A stretch of DNA of 64,000 bases from Candidatus Micrarchaeota archaeon (lineage in GTDB: Archaea > Micrarchaeota > Micrarchaeia > Anstonellales > Bilamarchaeaceae), in the NCBI GenBank assembly GCA_040758595.1, contig JBFLVJ010000008.1, positions 3,291-67,290 of the forward strand, written 5' to 3'. Below are positions 16,674-26,317 of the stretch, piece after piece; positions within the stretch are counted from its first letter, which is position 1, and each line of letters starts with the position of its first letter. The translations under genes and the position numbers were made by a program. The notes beneath the pieces are model-generated. The model worked only from the letters and a program-made list of their open reading frames with translations, was not told the DNA's origin and ran no database searches.

Positions 16674-17323
16674 GATACGCGATATTCGCCTTGTCTTTGA
16701 TGCTGCTGCTGGCCGGCTGCACATCAACAACGGAATCCCCGGCCCCATCATATACCGCTCCGCCGGCCGCCCAGGCTCCGGCCGAGCCTCCGCCTGCTGC
16801 AGGATCTCAGGATAACGCGTCCGCGCCACAAGCGGATATGCCGCCTCCGATCCAGGAAGAGCCCGCCGATGCCGCACCTCCGGCCGAAGCGATCGCCGCC
16901 ACGGACGAGAGCGCAGCGGATCTGCTGGATTCCGCCCTAGCAGAGTGGATGCGTGATTTCTACCTGGACCACAGCGGAACGTACACGGAAGGCAGGTTCA
17001 GCTGGACGCGTTCACCGTCTCCCTCTGACGGCACCCTGACGGCCTCTCCGGCGTCGCAGGTGAAGTTCGACGGAAAGACCATAGAGAGCGTGCAGTCGTT
17101 GGGCTATCTCACATTCACTGACAAGAACGGCGCGTTATCGGTATATGGCGCAGCCGTCTTCAGCAGCGAGCAGACCCTGCTCGATGGCTTGTTCTCGCCA
17201 TTCGATGTGGATGTCGCCGGCAGGAACCTCTCCTGGTGCCAAGTCGCAAAGAAAGACACCTATCAAAGCACCGCCGGAGGCTTCCTGTCCGTCTACAGAT
17301 TCGAATGTGAATACGCAGAATGA
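16670..17323 (+). CDS. Lipoprotein, tandem paralog of 16044..16673
   Basis: Lipobox: MRYAIFALSLMLLLAGC. A Pro/Ala-rich linker is followed by a C-terminal domain alignable to the upstream gene. The two genes share a 4-nt start/stop overlap. Confidence 0.65.
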   Translation: MRYAIFALSLMLLLAGCTSTTESPAPSYTAPPAAQAPAEPPPAAGSQDNASAPQADMPPPIQEEPADAAPPAEAIAATDESAADLLDSALAEWMRDFYLDHSGTYTEGRFSWTRSPSPSDGTLTASPASQVKFDGKTIESVQSLGYLTFTDKNGALSVYGAAVFSSEQTLLDGLFSPFDVDVAGRNLSWCQVAKKDTYQSTAGGFLSVYRFECEYAE

Positions 17324-17375
17324 GATGCAAAAGACAATCTGGGCCTGAAGGCTCCGGCCTCCTGGTTTTTCCCTC

Positions 17376-17528
17376 TCAGATCGACTTCAGGAATCCGTTC
17401 TCGTCGAGCTTGAACCTGTGCTCGGGGTTGGCCAAGCACTTGAAGCCCTCATCTGCCCTGGAGAGGACAGAGTTCATCCCGAAGCTCATGCTGCACTGCG
17501 GGCAGCCCATCTGATATTCGTTCGTCAT
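17376..17528 (-). CDS. Small zinc-ribbon-like protein (50 aa), paralog of 15772..15921
   Basis: MTNEYQMGCPQCSMSFGMNSVLSRADEGFKCLANPEHRFKLDENGFLKSI aligns with the other small protein: CP.C, then 19-20 aa, then C....HRF..D..G. Confidence 0.55.
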   Translation of the reverse strand: MTNEYQMGCPQCSMSFGMNSVLSRADEGFKCLANPEHRFKLDENGFLKSI

Positions 17529-17681
17529 GGGTCTCAACTCCGCCGGGGGATTCCGGCGCACTACTGGTCGCTTTCCCTAACACCGGGAAGATATTTAAAC
17601 GTATTGGCATTCCTGCCCTCCCGGGCCAAGGCAAGCCCCGACGGCCATCCCGCTCTAAAATGTTTCCCCCCAATCAGCATC

Positions 17682-19151
17682 ATGGCGCAAAAGCGATATG
17701 TGCTCGGCATGCCGCTTGCCACATTCATCCTTCTCGGGCTTTTTTGCCTCCTGGTACGCTTGCCTCTTCTCGGATATCTTCCATTCGTGAATGATGAGGC
17801 CGTCTATTCGGTCATGGTATCTGAGCAAGGTTCCTCGCCGACGCTGGTGCCGACCCTCTTCGGCTATCCGGTGAGCTGGAAGATGGCGCCTTTCTTCTGG
17901 CTCTATTCGTTCCTGACGCCATTGCTAGGATGGGCCGGACTGGAGGCCTCCTATCGTCTTCCTTCCCTGGCCTTCGGCTTCCTATGCATATTCCCGCTCT
18001 ATCGTATCGTCCGGCATCTCAGCGACGATGCCAGGGCGTCCCTGGCATGCCTCTTCTTCCTCTCGTCATTCGTTTCAATCTATCCCGGCGCCTCGCTCCT
18101 GCTCGATTCGCCGGCCATGCTGCTCATCCTGCTCTCCATCTACTGTTATGTCGTGAAAGACGAGCCTATCAACGGCGGCCTTCTGGCGGCCGCGGCGTTC
18201 GCCTTCAAACTGGTGATCGCTTTCATCCCTCCTCTGCTGGCAGCATTCGCGCTCATGCTGGCCGGCAGGAGGAGAGAGCTGCTCGGGCGCAGTTTCCTGC
18301 TGTCCATGGCCTTGCCGCTTTCCATGGCACTCATCAACTACGCCCTCCTCGCCCCATTCGGCGGAGGGGATCAGCTCTACTTCGAGGAGATATTCCCGAG
18401 GGTGTTGGCCCCGGACGCATCTGCCAGCCTCGCAGAATGGGCGATATCCTCCCTAAACACCCTGGCATACAGCATGGGTCCCATCTTCGCACTCTCGCTT
18501 TTCGGCCTCGCGAGATACTGGCGCAGCCATCCTTTGCTTACGGTCTGGTATGCGCTCATCACAATCCCGTTCATGGCAGGGGCGCTCTATCCATGGTATT
18601 ACCTTCCGGTCCTTCCTGCGGTGTGCGCCTTCGCGGCTATGGCGCTCTACAATCCTTCCAAAGGCTGGAAGGGCAATCTCGGCGGACTGGCAGTGGCCGC
18701 CCTTGCGGTCCTCGCATCCCTCTACCTGGTCTCCGGCGCCTACCAGATCCTCAATGCCCAGCATTCGCCTGAGAAGGAGGCGGGCCTTGCGATAGCGGGA
18801 AAGGAGAACGTGCTGATAATAGGACAGTTCAAGCCAGGCATCTTCGCCTACAAAGAAGCGCTGGAGCGCGGTGCGACCGGCAGGGTGCTGGACTACGGCC
18901 TCGTCGTAGGCCCGCAGGGCTTCGGGGGAGAGGAGGCCGCGGATTTCGTCCTCGATTACCACACTCCGCAGCACGCTGTCCGGGACGGGTCGTTCAGCGC
19001 GCTCTATACATCGTCGGCCATCTTCCGGAAGGACACCGACATCAGCAGATTCGACTACATCGTCCTGTCGGGGGATCCGGGCTTCCTGCTCCGCGCCCCT
19101 CTCGTTTACGGGGAGGGCGGCATCCTGGTCTACCGCGTTTCTGGAGACTGA
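17682..19151 (+). CDS. GT-C fold membrane glycosyltransferase (ArnT/PMT_2-like)
   Basis: The start was moved to MAQKRYVLGMPLATFILLGLF. The first-loop motif is FVNDEAVYSV. The rest is polytopic and hydrophobic throughout, with a soluble C-terminal domain. Confidence 0.75.
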   Translation: MAQKRYVLGMPLATFILLGLFCLLVRLPLLGYLPFVNDEAVYSVMVSEQGSSPTLVPTLFGYPVSWKMAPFFWLYSFLTPLLGWAGLEASYRLPSLAFGFLCIFPLYRIVRHLSDDARASLACLFFLSSFVSIYPGASLLLDSPAMLLILLSIYCYVVKDEPINGGLLAAAAFAFKLVIAFIPPLLAAFALMLAGRRRELLGRSFLLSMALPLSMALINYALLAPFGGGDQLYFEEIFPRVLAPDASASLAEWAISSLNTLAYSMGPIFALSLFGLARYWRSHPLLTVWYALITIPFMAGALYPWYYLPVLPAVCAFAAMALYNPSKGWKGNLGGLAVAALAVLASLYLVSGAYQILNAQHSPEKEAGLAIAGKENVLIIGQFKPGIFAYKEALERGATGRVLDYGLVVGPQGFGGEEAADFVLDYHTPQHAVRDGSFSALYTSSAIFRKDTDISRFDYIVLSGDPGFLLRAPLVYGEGGILVYRVSGD

Positions 19152-19187
19152 CTAACGTTTATAAATGATGGTTGTGTGCTTTACGGC

Positions 19188-22100
19188 ATGCGATTCTCGT
19201 TGGTTTTCCTGTTCGGGCTATTAATTATCTCAGCCGCATTCGCTGTCAATATATCTAGTTGCAGCGCCCCGGAGGCCGTGATAACCGCTCCTGGGACCTA
19301 CACGGTGAACGCATCGCTCAGCGGAGCCCCCAATGCAGGGAGCAACGGCACTGCCTGCATACTCATCGCCTCGGACGATGTCATCCTGGATTGCCAGGGC
19401 TTCAGCATCACGCACGACGATTCAGCTGGCACGTCCGGCATCCTGCTCAACAGGACCCCGCACCCTAAGGACAACATAACGATATCCAACTGCGACATAA
19501 TTGATTATGGTTCTGCCATAACGCTCGAGAACGGGGGGCCGAATCCAGAATACGCCACTCTGGCGGGCAACATCCTGCTCAGCAACAGGCATGGCATCTA
19601 TCTTCCCGGTCCCGGACTTTTCATGCTCAATATGTCCAACAACCTGATAGCCAACAACACTGCCAGCGGACTGCAGGACGACGATTACCACGGAGACCTG
19701 ATACAGATGGTCGGCGACCGGTTCCTCGGCAATAGCAAAGACCTCAACTATTCCGGCGAGAGCGGCCTGCGCCTCTCATTCACAGACATCATCTTCGGTA
19801 GCAGCGGCGGCGAATACAACGCGAACGTGAGCATCGAGCATGTCATGCAGGATAGGGAGAACGCGACCATCGTGTGGGTGCAATCGCCAGCCCCGCCCAC
19901 CGGCCAGCTCTCGGGTTTTCTGGGCAAGGCGTTCAACATAACGCACACATATCTCAACAACTACACTCCTGACAATAACTTCAATGTCACCATGAAGTGG
20001 AGCGCCTTGGAGGATACGGCCGGCATCCAGATGTGGCTCATGAACGACAGCGGCGCATTCCTTCTCAATGACAGCCCTTCCGGCTATTCCCTTTTCAGCT
20101 CGGTCAACCTGACCAACGGGAGCCGTTCTACGGTCATCGCCCTCTTCGCCCCAAGCTATGAAATCAGCGACTGCCGCATGATTACCAATCCCGGAGAATA
20201 CGATGTGGTGGCGGATCTGACGGGCGCACCTTTATATGTGAGGACCGGTCTCGCACCCGGTCTCAACGACTACAACCTGACCGCATGCATCCACATAAAC
20301 ACCTCGGATGTCGTGCTGGACTGCGATGGATACTCGATAACCAATGACATGCCCGGCACCCCTAGGAACTATACCAGCGGCATCTATGCTGGTTCAGCTT
20401 ACGCCGTTGTCTGGGATAACATCACTGTCCGCAACTGCTACGCGGCCCGTTACAGCAGCGGCATTTACCTTGAGAATCTGGAGAATGTGACTCTGGAAGG
20501 GAATACCGCGTTCAACAACACGGTCGGGGTCGCGCTCAGGAATCCGGCAGGTCTCTATCTCAGCGGAATCACAAACATCACCGCGACAGCCAACAACGCC
20601 ACGGCCAACTATCGCGGCATATTCATGGGCGGCCTAGCGGCTTCCCGCCTCTCGGGGAACACGATATCGCAGAGCACGAACGTCGGGGTCTTTTCTGATG
20701 CCAACAATGGCCTGGTGCTGTCCGGTAACCTGATAGAAGGGAACACGCATGGGTTCTCCGATTCAGGCGACAGCTACAACAACGTCATCAGGGACAACGT
20801 CCTCAGGTTCAACTCCCAGGCGGCTATCTCTCTCGAGCCCGTGAATGATGCATTCTACGACAACCTCATAGACAACAACACAATCTTCGGCAATGACGTG
20901 GGCATATCGTTCGATGCCTACTTCGGCGATGACAATGACGGCAACAACATGACGAACAACCGCATATACAACAACAGCGCAGCCGGGGTGGCGATCACTT
21001 TCGGCAACGCAGATGTGAGGGTAAGTCCGTTCGAGAAGATGGACAACAACACGTTCCATTCCAATCTCGTGGACCTGACCAGCGATTACGTGGCTGCCGG
21101 CAACCTCACCAACTGCACATTCAACGCCACGGTGATATCCGCGACCGGCTTCGACAACCACAGCATTGTTTCAGCCACCTCCCCGGGTTCGTCACCAGCC
21201 GGTATGGCATCATTCAACGATAAGTATGTCCAGCTCCAGAACGTATCTCCGGATTCAGGCCCGATGGAGGAGGTGCGCTTCCACTACACGGATGCCGAGC
21301 TCGGCGCGATAACGGAGAGCGCGCTGCGCGTCTACCGCTATGACGGCGCATCATGGTACCTGGTCCCGAACCAGACCGTCAACGACACGAACAACTACGT
21401 CTCGGTCTTCAACCTGGACAACTTCAGCATCTTCGGCCTCTTCAGCGTCAACATCGCCCAGTCTCCATCCGGCGGGGGAGGCAACGGGGGCCAGCAGGCG
21501 CCCGAACCGCTCGACATATCAGTCGAATCGGTCTGCGGCGGAGTGGTCATAACTGTCGAGGACGATAACGGGGATCCTGTGGAGAACGCTTTCGTGGAGC
21601 CGCGGGACCAGACCAACAGCCAGAACCTCATGCCCCTATACACGAACGAGTCCGGCCAGGTGTTCTACGACACATGCGATGTTGATCTGCTGGTCGAAGC
21701 GGTCAAATCCGGGGCGGAAGGGGACTGGGACGGCTATGCCGCCTGCGGCCTCTGCCCGGAGTGCACGGTGGATGCCAACTGCTCCTCGAACCAGCAGTGC
21801 AACACGACTATAAACCAGTGCATACCTGTGCCGTGCGACTGCGGTGTCGTGGTGAACCACCAGTGCCAGCCCTACCAGTGCTGCTCAAACGCGCAGTGCC
21901 CGCAGGGACAGAGCTGCGTCAACCACCAATGCGTCTACCAGTGCGATTCTGATGCCGGATGTTCGGCTGCCCAGCAGTGCGTCATAGCGCCCGGGGAGAG
22001 CGGCGGCTCATGCGAATCGATAGAGTGCGCATGCGGGATAATACAGGACCACGCCTGCAGCGAATACGAGTGCTGCCTCGATTCCCAGTGCGAAGAGGGA

Positions 22101-22529
22101 GAGCTTTGCCAGGACCATGAATGCATCCTGGCCGAAGTGGACTGCCCGCAGACAGGCATCATCGGGGATGAGAAGCGCTGCATCGCGAAGACCGATGGGG
22201 AGCCCTGCGCACAGTGCGACTACCAGATAACAGCGCCTGACGGCAGGACGTACTCAGGCAGGACGGATGATGCGGGCAACATACTGGTGCCGCTGCAGGT
22301 GAAAGGGACTTATACCGTTACGCTCTTCAAGGGGGGCAAGGCCCTGCGGGAAGTGCAGCTGGAGTCTCTGCCTAAGCCGTCGATAGATGAGGGCGACAAG
22401 CAGGGCGCCCTGTTCGACCAGCTCATCGGGACCATAATCCCCTTGGTGATCCTGGCCGCCTTGATCCTCCTGATAGCATATCTGCGCAGGAGATCCGGCG
22501 AGAAGCTGAAGAAACCCAGAAGGGGCTGA
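19188..22529 (+). CDS. Large surface (S-layer-like) glycoprotein: two right-handed beta-helix (PbH1/NosD-like) domains, Cys-rich C-terminal region and TM anchor
   Basis: Signal: MRFSLVFLFGLLIISAAFA. Two modules begin C..APGTYTV...ACILIASDDVILDCQGFSI and CRMITNPGEYDV...ACIHINTSDVVLDCDGYSI, each followed by N/G-rich beta-helix repeats. I count about 40 N-x-S/T sequons by eye. The C-terminus is TIIPLVILAALILLIAYLRRRSGEKLKKPRRG. Confidence 0.8.
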   Translation: MRFSLVFLFGLLIISAAFAVNISSCSAPEAVITAPGTYTVNASLSGAPNAGSNGTACILIASDDVILDCQGFSITHDDSAGTSGILLNRTPHPKDNITISNCDIIDYGSAITLENGGPNPEYATLAGNILLSNRHGIYLPGPGLFMLNMSNNLIANNTASGLQDDDYHGDLIQMVGDRFLGNSKDLNYSGESGLRLSFTDIIFGSSGGEYNANVSIEHVMQDRENATIVWVQSPAPPTGQLSGFLGKAFNITHTYLNNYTPDNNFNVTMKWSALEDTAGIQMWLMNDSGAFLLNDSPSGYSLFSSVNLTNGSRSTVIALFAPSYEISDCRMITNPGEYDVVADLTGAPLYVRTGLAPGLNDYNLTACIHINTSDVVLDCDGYSITNDMPGTPRNYTSGIYAGSAYAVVWDNITVRNCYAARYSSGIYLENLENVTLEGNTAFNNTVGVALRNPAGLYLSGITNITATANNATANYRGIFMGGLAASRLSGNTISQSTNVGVFSDANNGLVLSGNLIEGNTHGFSDSGDSYNNVIRDNVLRFNSQAAISLEPVNDAFYDNLIDNNTIFGNDVGISFDAYFGDDNDGNNMTNNRIYNNSAAGVAITFGNADVRVSPFEKMDNNTFHSNLVDLTSDYVAAGNLTNCTFNATVISATGFDNHSIVSATSPGSSPAGMASFNDKYVQLQNVSPDSGPMEEVRFHYTDAELGAITESALRVYRYDGASWYLVPNQTVNDTNNYVSVFNLDNFSIFGLFSVNIAQSPSGGGGNGGQQAPEPLDISVESVCGGVVITVEDDNGDPVENAFVEPRDQTNSQNLMPLYTNESGQVFYDTCDVDLLVEAVKSGAEGDWDGYAACGLCPECTVDANCSSNQQCNTTINQCIPVPCDCGVVVNHQCQPYQCCSNAQCPQGQSCVNHQCVYQCDSDAGCSAAQQCVIAPGESGGSCESIECACGIIQDHACSEYECCLDSQCEEGELCQDHECILAEVDCPQTGIIGDEKRCIAKTDGEPCAQCDYQITAPDGRTYSGRTDDAGNILVPLQVKGTYTVTLFKGGKALREVQLESLPKPSIDEGDKQGALFDQLIGTIIPLVILAALILLIAYLRRRSGEKLKKPRRG

Positions 22530-22575
22530 TCCGGCCCTTCTCAACCTTTTTATCCTTTTCCTTCGGACATAACCC

Positions 22576-25500
22576 ATGAAACCCGTCATCAAGCTCTTTC
22601 TTGCGGCCATTCTGTTGGCTGGAATGTCGTTCGCAACGACGCTGGTCTCGAACTGCCGGAACCTGGATAACATCACTGACACGGAATACGCGCTCTCCGC
22701 TGATCTTTACGGAGTCAACAATTCGATGGGCGGCGAGAGCTGCATATCGATGAACTCCTCCAACATCATCTTCGATTGCGACGGCTATAATATCACAGAC
22801 GACACGGGATCCAGTACGAGCATGGGTATCAACCTCGACGGCTATTCCTTCGCCCGGCTATACAATATAACCGTGCGCAACTGTCCGGGTATAAACAACT
22901 ACTCGAGCGGGATCATGATAAAATCCACATCCCACAGCCTTTTCACGAACAACAGCGCATACCACTCCGGCGACAGCTATGAGATGTACGAAAGCAGCAA
23001 CAACACATTCACCGGCAACCTCGCATATGACAGCAGCAGCCGCGGTTTCCTCCTCTCGAACGCCTATGAGAACATCTTCATAGGGAACATGGCCAACCAG
23101 AGCGGAGTCGACGGGTTCTACATGGGAATAGCGGATGACAATTACTTCTACGGCAATATAGTTTCGGAATACGAAAACGGATTCCGCGTGGACACCTGCG
23201 CCCGCAACCGCTTCGTGAACAATGCGGTTTTTGGGAACAACAACGGTTTCGATATGCTCGGGGGCAATTCCAACAACCTCACCAACAACACCGTATATGG
23301 CAACATCGTGAGCGGGATATGGCTCGACAACGCCAATGGCACCATCATAGAGTCTGAACACTATTATGACAACACGGCGGATCTCCGCGTCCGGGAGATC
23401 TACGGCTACCAGTTCTCATATACGCTCGACGGCATCATCATCGACAACCCGGCCGGGGATTTCCAGCGCTATACGAACCTCAGCCTCACGGACACCGTGG
23501 GGCTTTCGGAATACTATGCCATGGAATGGTCATCCGACCCCGCCAGCCACGGGCTCTTCTACTCGTTCGAAGGCAAATTCGTCGATATAACCGCGTTCTC
23601 AGGGACGCCTTCGATAGAATCCCTCTCCTGGTCATGGCTCGCTTCAGAGGAATCCGGCTATGAGACCGGTTACCTGGGTCTCTGGGAGTATGATGGCGCA
23701 TGGACCCTCATCAACAACAGCGCGGACACCGTGGGCAGGACCCTCAGCATAGCGGATCTCAATCCATCGAGCGTCTACGCCATACTGGAGAACCGCAACT
23801 GCCCGGTGGTCAATGCGAGCGGCTCCTACCAGATGGCGCGCGACTATATCGGTGCGCCGAACGATGCCAGCCACACTGTGGGGTATGCATGCGTTGTCCT
23901 GGCGGCATCTGACATACTGTTCGACTGCAATGCATTTGATATGACGAATAATGGGACCGGCAGCTCGGTAGGCGTCCTCATCAACGACTCGCTCAGCAAT
24001 GTCACAATCCAGGACTGCCCCATGATAAACGGCTATCAACTGGGGCTCCAGATATTCAATTCGAGCAATAACTACATCAGCAACAATGTTGTCTTCAACT
24101 GCACCACTGGTTTCGCTCTCTCTGCCGGTTCGGAGAACAACACCCTATCATCCAACCTGGCATACGGGAACGCGGCCACCGGTTTCTATCTCGGCTCTGC
24201 AGACAACAACATCTTCATAGGCAACACCGCTGCGAACAACAGCGTCGCTGGATTCGAGATCGAGGATAGCCCGGGATGCATCCTCACCGACAACATCGTA
24301 TATGGCAACGATGACGGCATCGGGATAAAATCCGGTTCCGACCCAGCGAGCTTCACGGGCGGCCGTATCTATAATAACACTGTGGGCCTGAATGTCTCCT
24401 CGTCCAATCTGACCACCGGCGCAGGCATCCACCTCTACGGCAACTCCTATGACATGTTTGTGGTCGATGCAGCCACCCTCGACCTGTCCGGCATGGTTTT
24501 TGACAATCCGGCTGGCGATTTCACGGGATATTCAAACCTGAGCATAGTTGATACACAGACGGCCGGCGTGACCTACTCTATAAGCTGGACCACCAACTCA
24601 TCCGCGCTTCCTGCGGATACGGCATCATTCGCTGAGAAATTCCTGAACATAAGCATCATCGCCGGCAGCCCGTCACTGGACAGCCTGGTCTGGCACTGGG
24701 ATGATTCGGAAGTGGCGGGCGACGAGGCCCGATTCCAGCTCTGGAAATACAACGCCAGTGACGGCTGGACGATGCTCAATGACACGCCAGACACCGCGGG
24801 CAACACATTGGCCCTTGCCGATCTGGCATCTTTCAGCGACTTCGCCATCCTCGAGGATACGAGCGTGCCGCCCACCTCGCAGGGGGACGAGAAGAGCAGC
24901 CAGCCAAAAGAGGATCTCTCGATATCGGTCTCTACGGCGTGCGATGGATTCATCGTGACGGTACGGGATGATCCAGGCGCCCTCGTGGAGGATGCCTTCG
25001 TAGAGGTCGTAGATAACACGCACCAGTCGGAGCTCGATGCCAAGTACACCGATTCATCAGGGAAGGTCTATTTCAGTCCCTGCGATATCGACGCCGAAAT
25101 CCAGGTCTCGAAATCCGGGGCGAAGGGCTACCGGAGCCTCCATATAGGCTGCGGTCTCTGCGGCGAATGCCAGTCGGATGACGATTGCGATGATGCATCT
25201 TACTGCCTGGACAACGGGTGCGTGCCTGTCCAGTGCCCTGCCGGCCAGGTCGTGAAAGACCACCGCTGCGGCTATCAATGCGTAGAGGATGCCGACTGCG
25301 CACCCGGCCAGACATGCAGCGGCAACCGCTGCGTGTATGGGTGTTATTCCGATGATATGTGCTCCGCTTCGCAGTATTGCGACATACCCGAAGGCGAGGC
25401 GGGCGGCGTATGCACCGAGATCGAGTGCGGGTGCGGAGTGATCGGCGAGCATGCATGCGCTGAATTCGAGTGCTGCGCAGATTCTGACTGCGGCCTGGGC

Positions 25501-25923
25501 GAGGTCTGCGTCTCCAACAAGTGCGCCTTGGCGGGCCTGACATGTCCCTCCACGGGCATAGTGGGCGATGAAAAGACCTGCAATGCCCGCCAGGACGGCG
25601 ACATCTGCGCCGGCTGCGACTACCAGATCCGTGCCCCTGACGGGAAGACTTATATGGGCAAGACCGATCAGGACGGCAACCTGATCATCCCCCTTGACCT
25701 GAGGGGCGTCTACACGGTCACCCTGTTCAAGGACGGCCAGGTGCTGAGGACGACCCAGGTGGAATCCCTTCCGAGGCCGATCATAGGGGAGCCCGAGAGG
25801 CCGGTCAGCTTCATCGAGGCCGCCCAGGCACTGTTCCTTGTGATCCTGGTGGCCGTGATGCTGGTCGTATTGACCTATATCAGGAGACGGGGCGGCGAGA
25901 AGCTGAAGAGACCTAAGGCCTGA
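22576..25923 (+). CDS. Large surface glycoprotein, tandem paralog of 19188..22529
   Basis: Same architecture as the upstream gene. The C-terminal ~350 aa align colinearly with it (ISVSTACDGFIVTVRDD... CGLCGEC... CDYQIRAPDGKTYMGKTDQDGNLIIPL... TM anchor ...RRRGGEKLKRPKA). Confidence 0.8.
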   Translation: MKPVIKLFLAAILLAGMSFATTLVSNCRNLDNITDTEYALSADLYGVNNSMGGESCISMNSSNIIFDCDGYNITDDTGSSTSMGINLDGYSFARLYNITVRNCPGINNYSSGIMIKSTSHSLFTNNSAYHSGDSYEMYESSNNTFTGNLAYDSSSRGFLLSNAYENIFIGNMANQSGVDGFYMGIADDNYFYGNIVSEYENGFRVDTCARNRFVNNAVFGNNNGFDMLGGNSNNLTNNTVYGNIVSGIWLDNANGTIIESEHYYDNTADLRVREIYGYQFSYTLDGIIIDNPAGDFQRYTNLSLTDTVGLSEYYAMEWSSDPASHGLFYSFEGKFVDITAFSGTPSIESLSWSWLASEESGYETGYLGLWEYDGAWTLINNSADTVGRTLSIADLNPSSVYAILENRNCPVVNASGSYQMARDYIGAPNDASHTVGYACVVLAASDILFDCNAFDMTNNGTGSSVGVLINDSLSNVTIQDCPMINGYQLGLQIFNSSNNYISNNVVFNCTTGFALSAGSENNTLSSNLAYGNAATGFYLGSADNNIFIGNTAANNSVAGFEIEDSPGCILTDNIVYGNDDGIGIKSGSDPASFTGGRIYNNTVGLNVSSSNLTTGAGIHLYGNSYDMFVVDAATLDLSGMVFDNPAGDFTGYSNLSIVDTQTAGVTYSISWTTNSSALPADTASFAEKFLNISIIAGSPSLDSLVWHWDDSEVAGDEARFQLWKYNASDGWTMLNDTPDTAGNTLALADLASFSDFAILEDTSVPPTSQGDEKSSQPKEDLSISVSTACDGFIVTVRDDPGALVEDAFVEVVDNTHQSELDAKYTDSSGKVYFSPCDIDAEIQVSKSGAKGYRSLHIGCGLCGECQSDDDCDDASYCLDNGCVPVQCPAGQVVKDHRCGYQCVEDADCAPGQTCSGNRCVYGCYSDDMCSASQYCDIPEGEAGGVCTEIECGCGVIGEHACAEFECCADSDCGLGEVCVSNKCALAGLTCPSTGIVGDEKTCNARQDGDICAGCDYQIRAPDGKTYMGKTDQDGNLIIPLDLRGVYTVTLFKDGQVLRTTQVESLPRPIIGEPERPVSFIEAAQALFLVILVAVMLVVLTYIRRRGGEKLKRPKA

Positions 25924-25997
25924 GGCCACACCCTAATCGATCCTTTCATATAGTCGATAGCGGAGCTTTCGCACACAGCGCCCGCAAGAACCATGTG

Positions 25998-26065
25998 CCC
26001 GGGACCGGGAACTCCTGGTCCGGGACCGGAAACCCGAAACCGGATACCGGGAACCCGAAACCCCG
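25998..26065. repeat. Degenerate tandem GAAACCC/CCGGGAAC repeat tract (largest intergenic copy of a dispersed family)
   Basis: CCCGGGACCGGGAACTCCTGGTCCGGGACCGGAAACCCGAAACCGGATACCGGGAACCCGAAACCCCG. Related tracts lie at 14351-14374, 29254-29307, 33451-33519, 37988-38018, 46467-46485/46537-46558 and 8970-9000. Confidence 0.55.
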
Positions 26066-26104
26066 TAAGAATAATCGTTATTATAGAAGCAGAAAAGAAG
26101 TCTT

Positions 26105-26178
26105 CGCCCCCACTGGGATTCGAACCCAGGCTCCAAGCTCCGCAAGCTCGTGTTCTATCCAGACTATACTATGGGGGC
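26105..26178 (-). tRNA. tRNA-Arg (anticodon GCG)
   Basis: The reverse complement GCCCCCATAGTATAGTCTGGATAGAACACGAGCTTGCGGAGCTTGGAGCCTGGGTTCGAATCCCAGTGGGGGCG folds as a 74-nt cloverleaf. It has a perfect acceptor, anticodon loop TTGCGGA and T arm CTGGG-TTCGAAT-CCCAG. The D stem has one A-A mismatch. Confidence 0.85.
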
Positions 26179-26317
26179 TGGATATGGCGCTTGGACTGAA
26201 GGTCCAATCACCAATGGACACATTTAAATAGGTATACCTTTTAAATTAATCTCTGCGTTTTGATGGCGTCAGTCGTCCAGACTGGTCCATCGCTTTCTCA
26301 AATGTCTAGGTGATATA

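Noticed and set aside
25057-25929. 290-aa and 156-aa ORFs on the - strand
   Set aside because: They are antisense to the conserved C-terminal cassette of the second surface protein. Composition is biased and there is no start context.
25998-26065. Possible CRISPR array or telomere-like TTTCGGG repeats
   Set aside because: The units are 6-8 nt, degenerate and contiguous, with no repeats of about 25-40 nt separated by unique spacers and no cas genes. The resemblance to TTTAGGG-type telomeres is superficial, since the tracts are short, internal and in both orientations.
25993-26231. 68-78-aa ORFs across the repeat tract and tRNA-Arg
   Set aside because: They read through a tRNA gene and a degenerate nucleotide repeat, so the peptide repeat PGTGN/GNPKP is a by-product of the DNA repeat.
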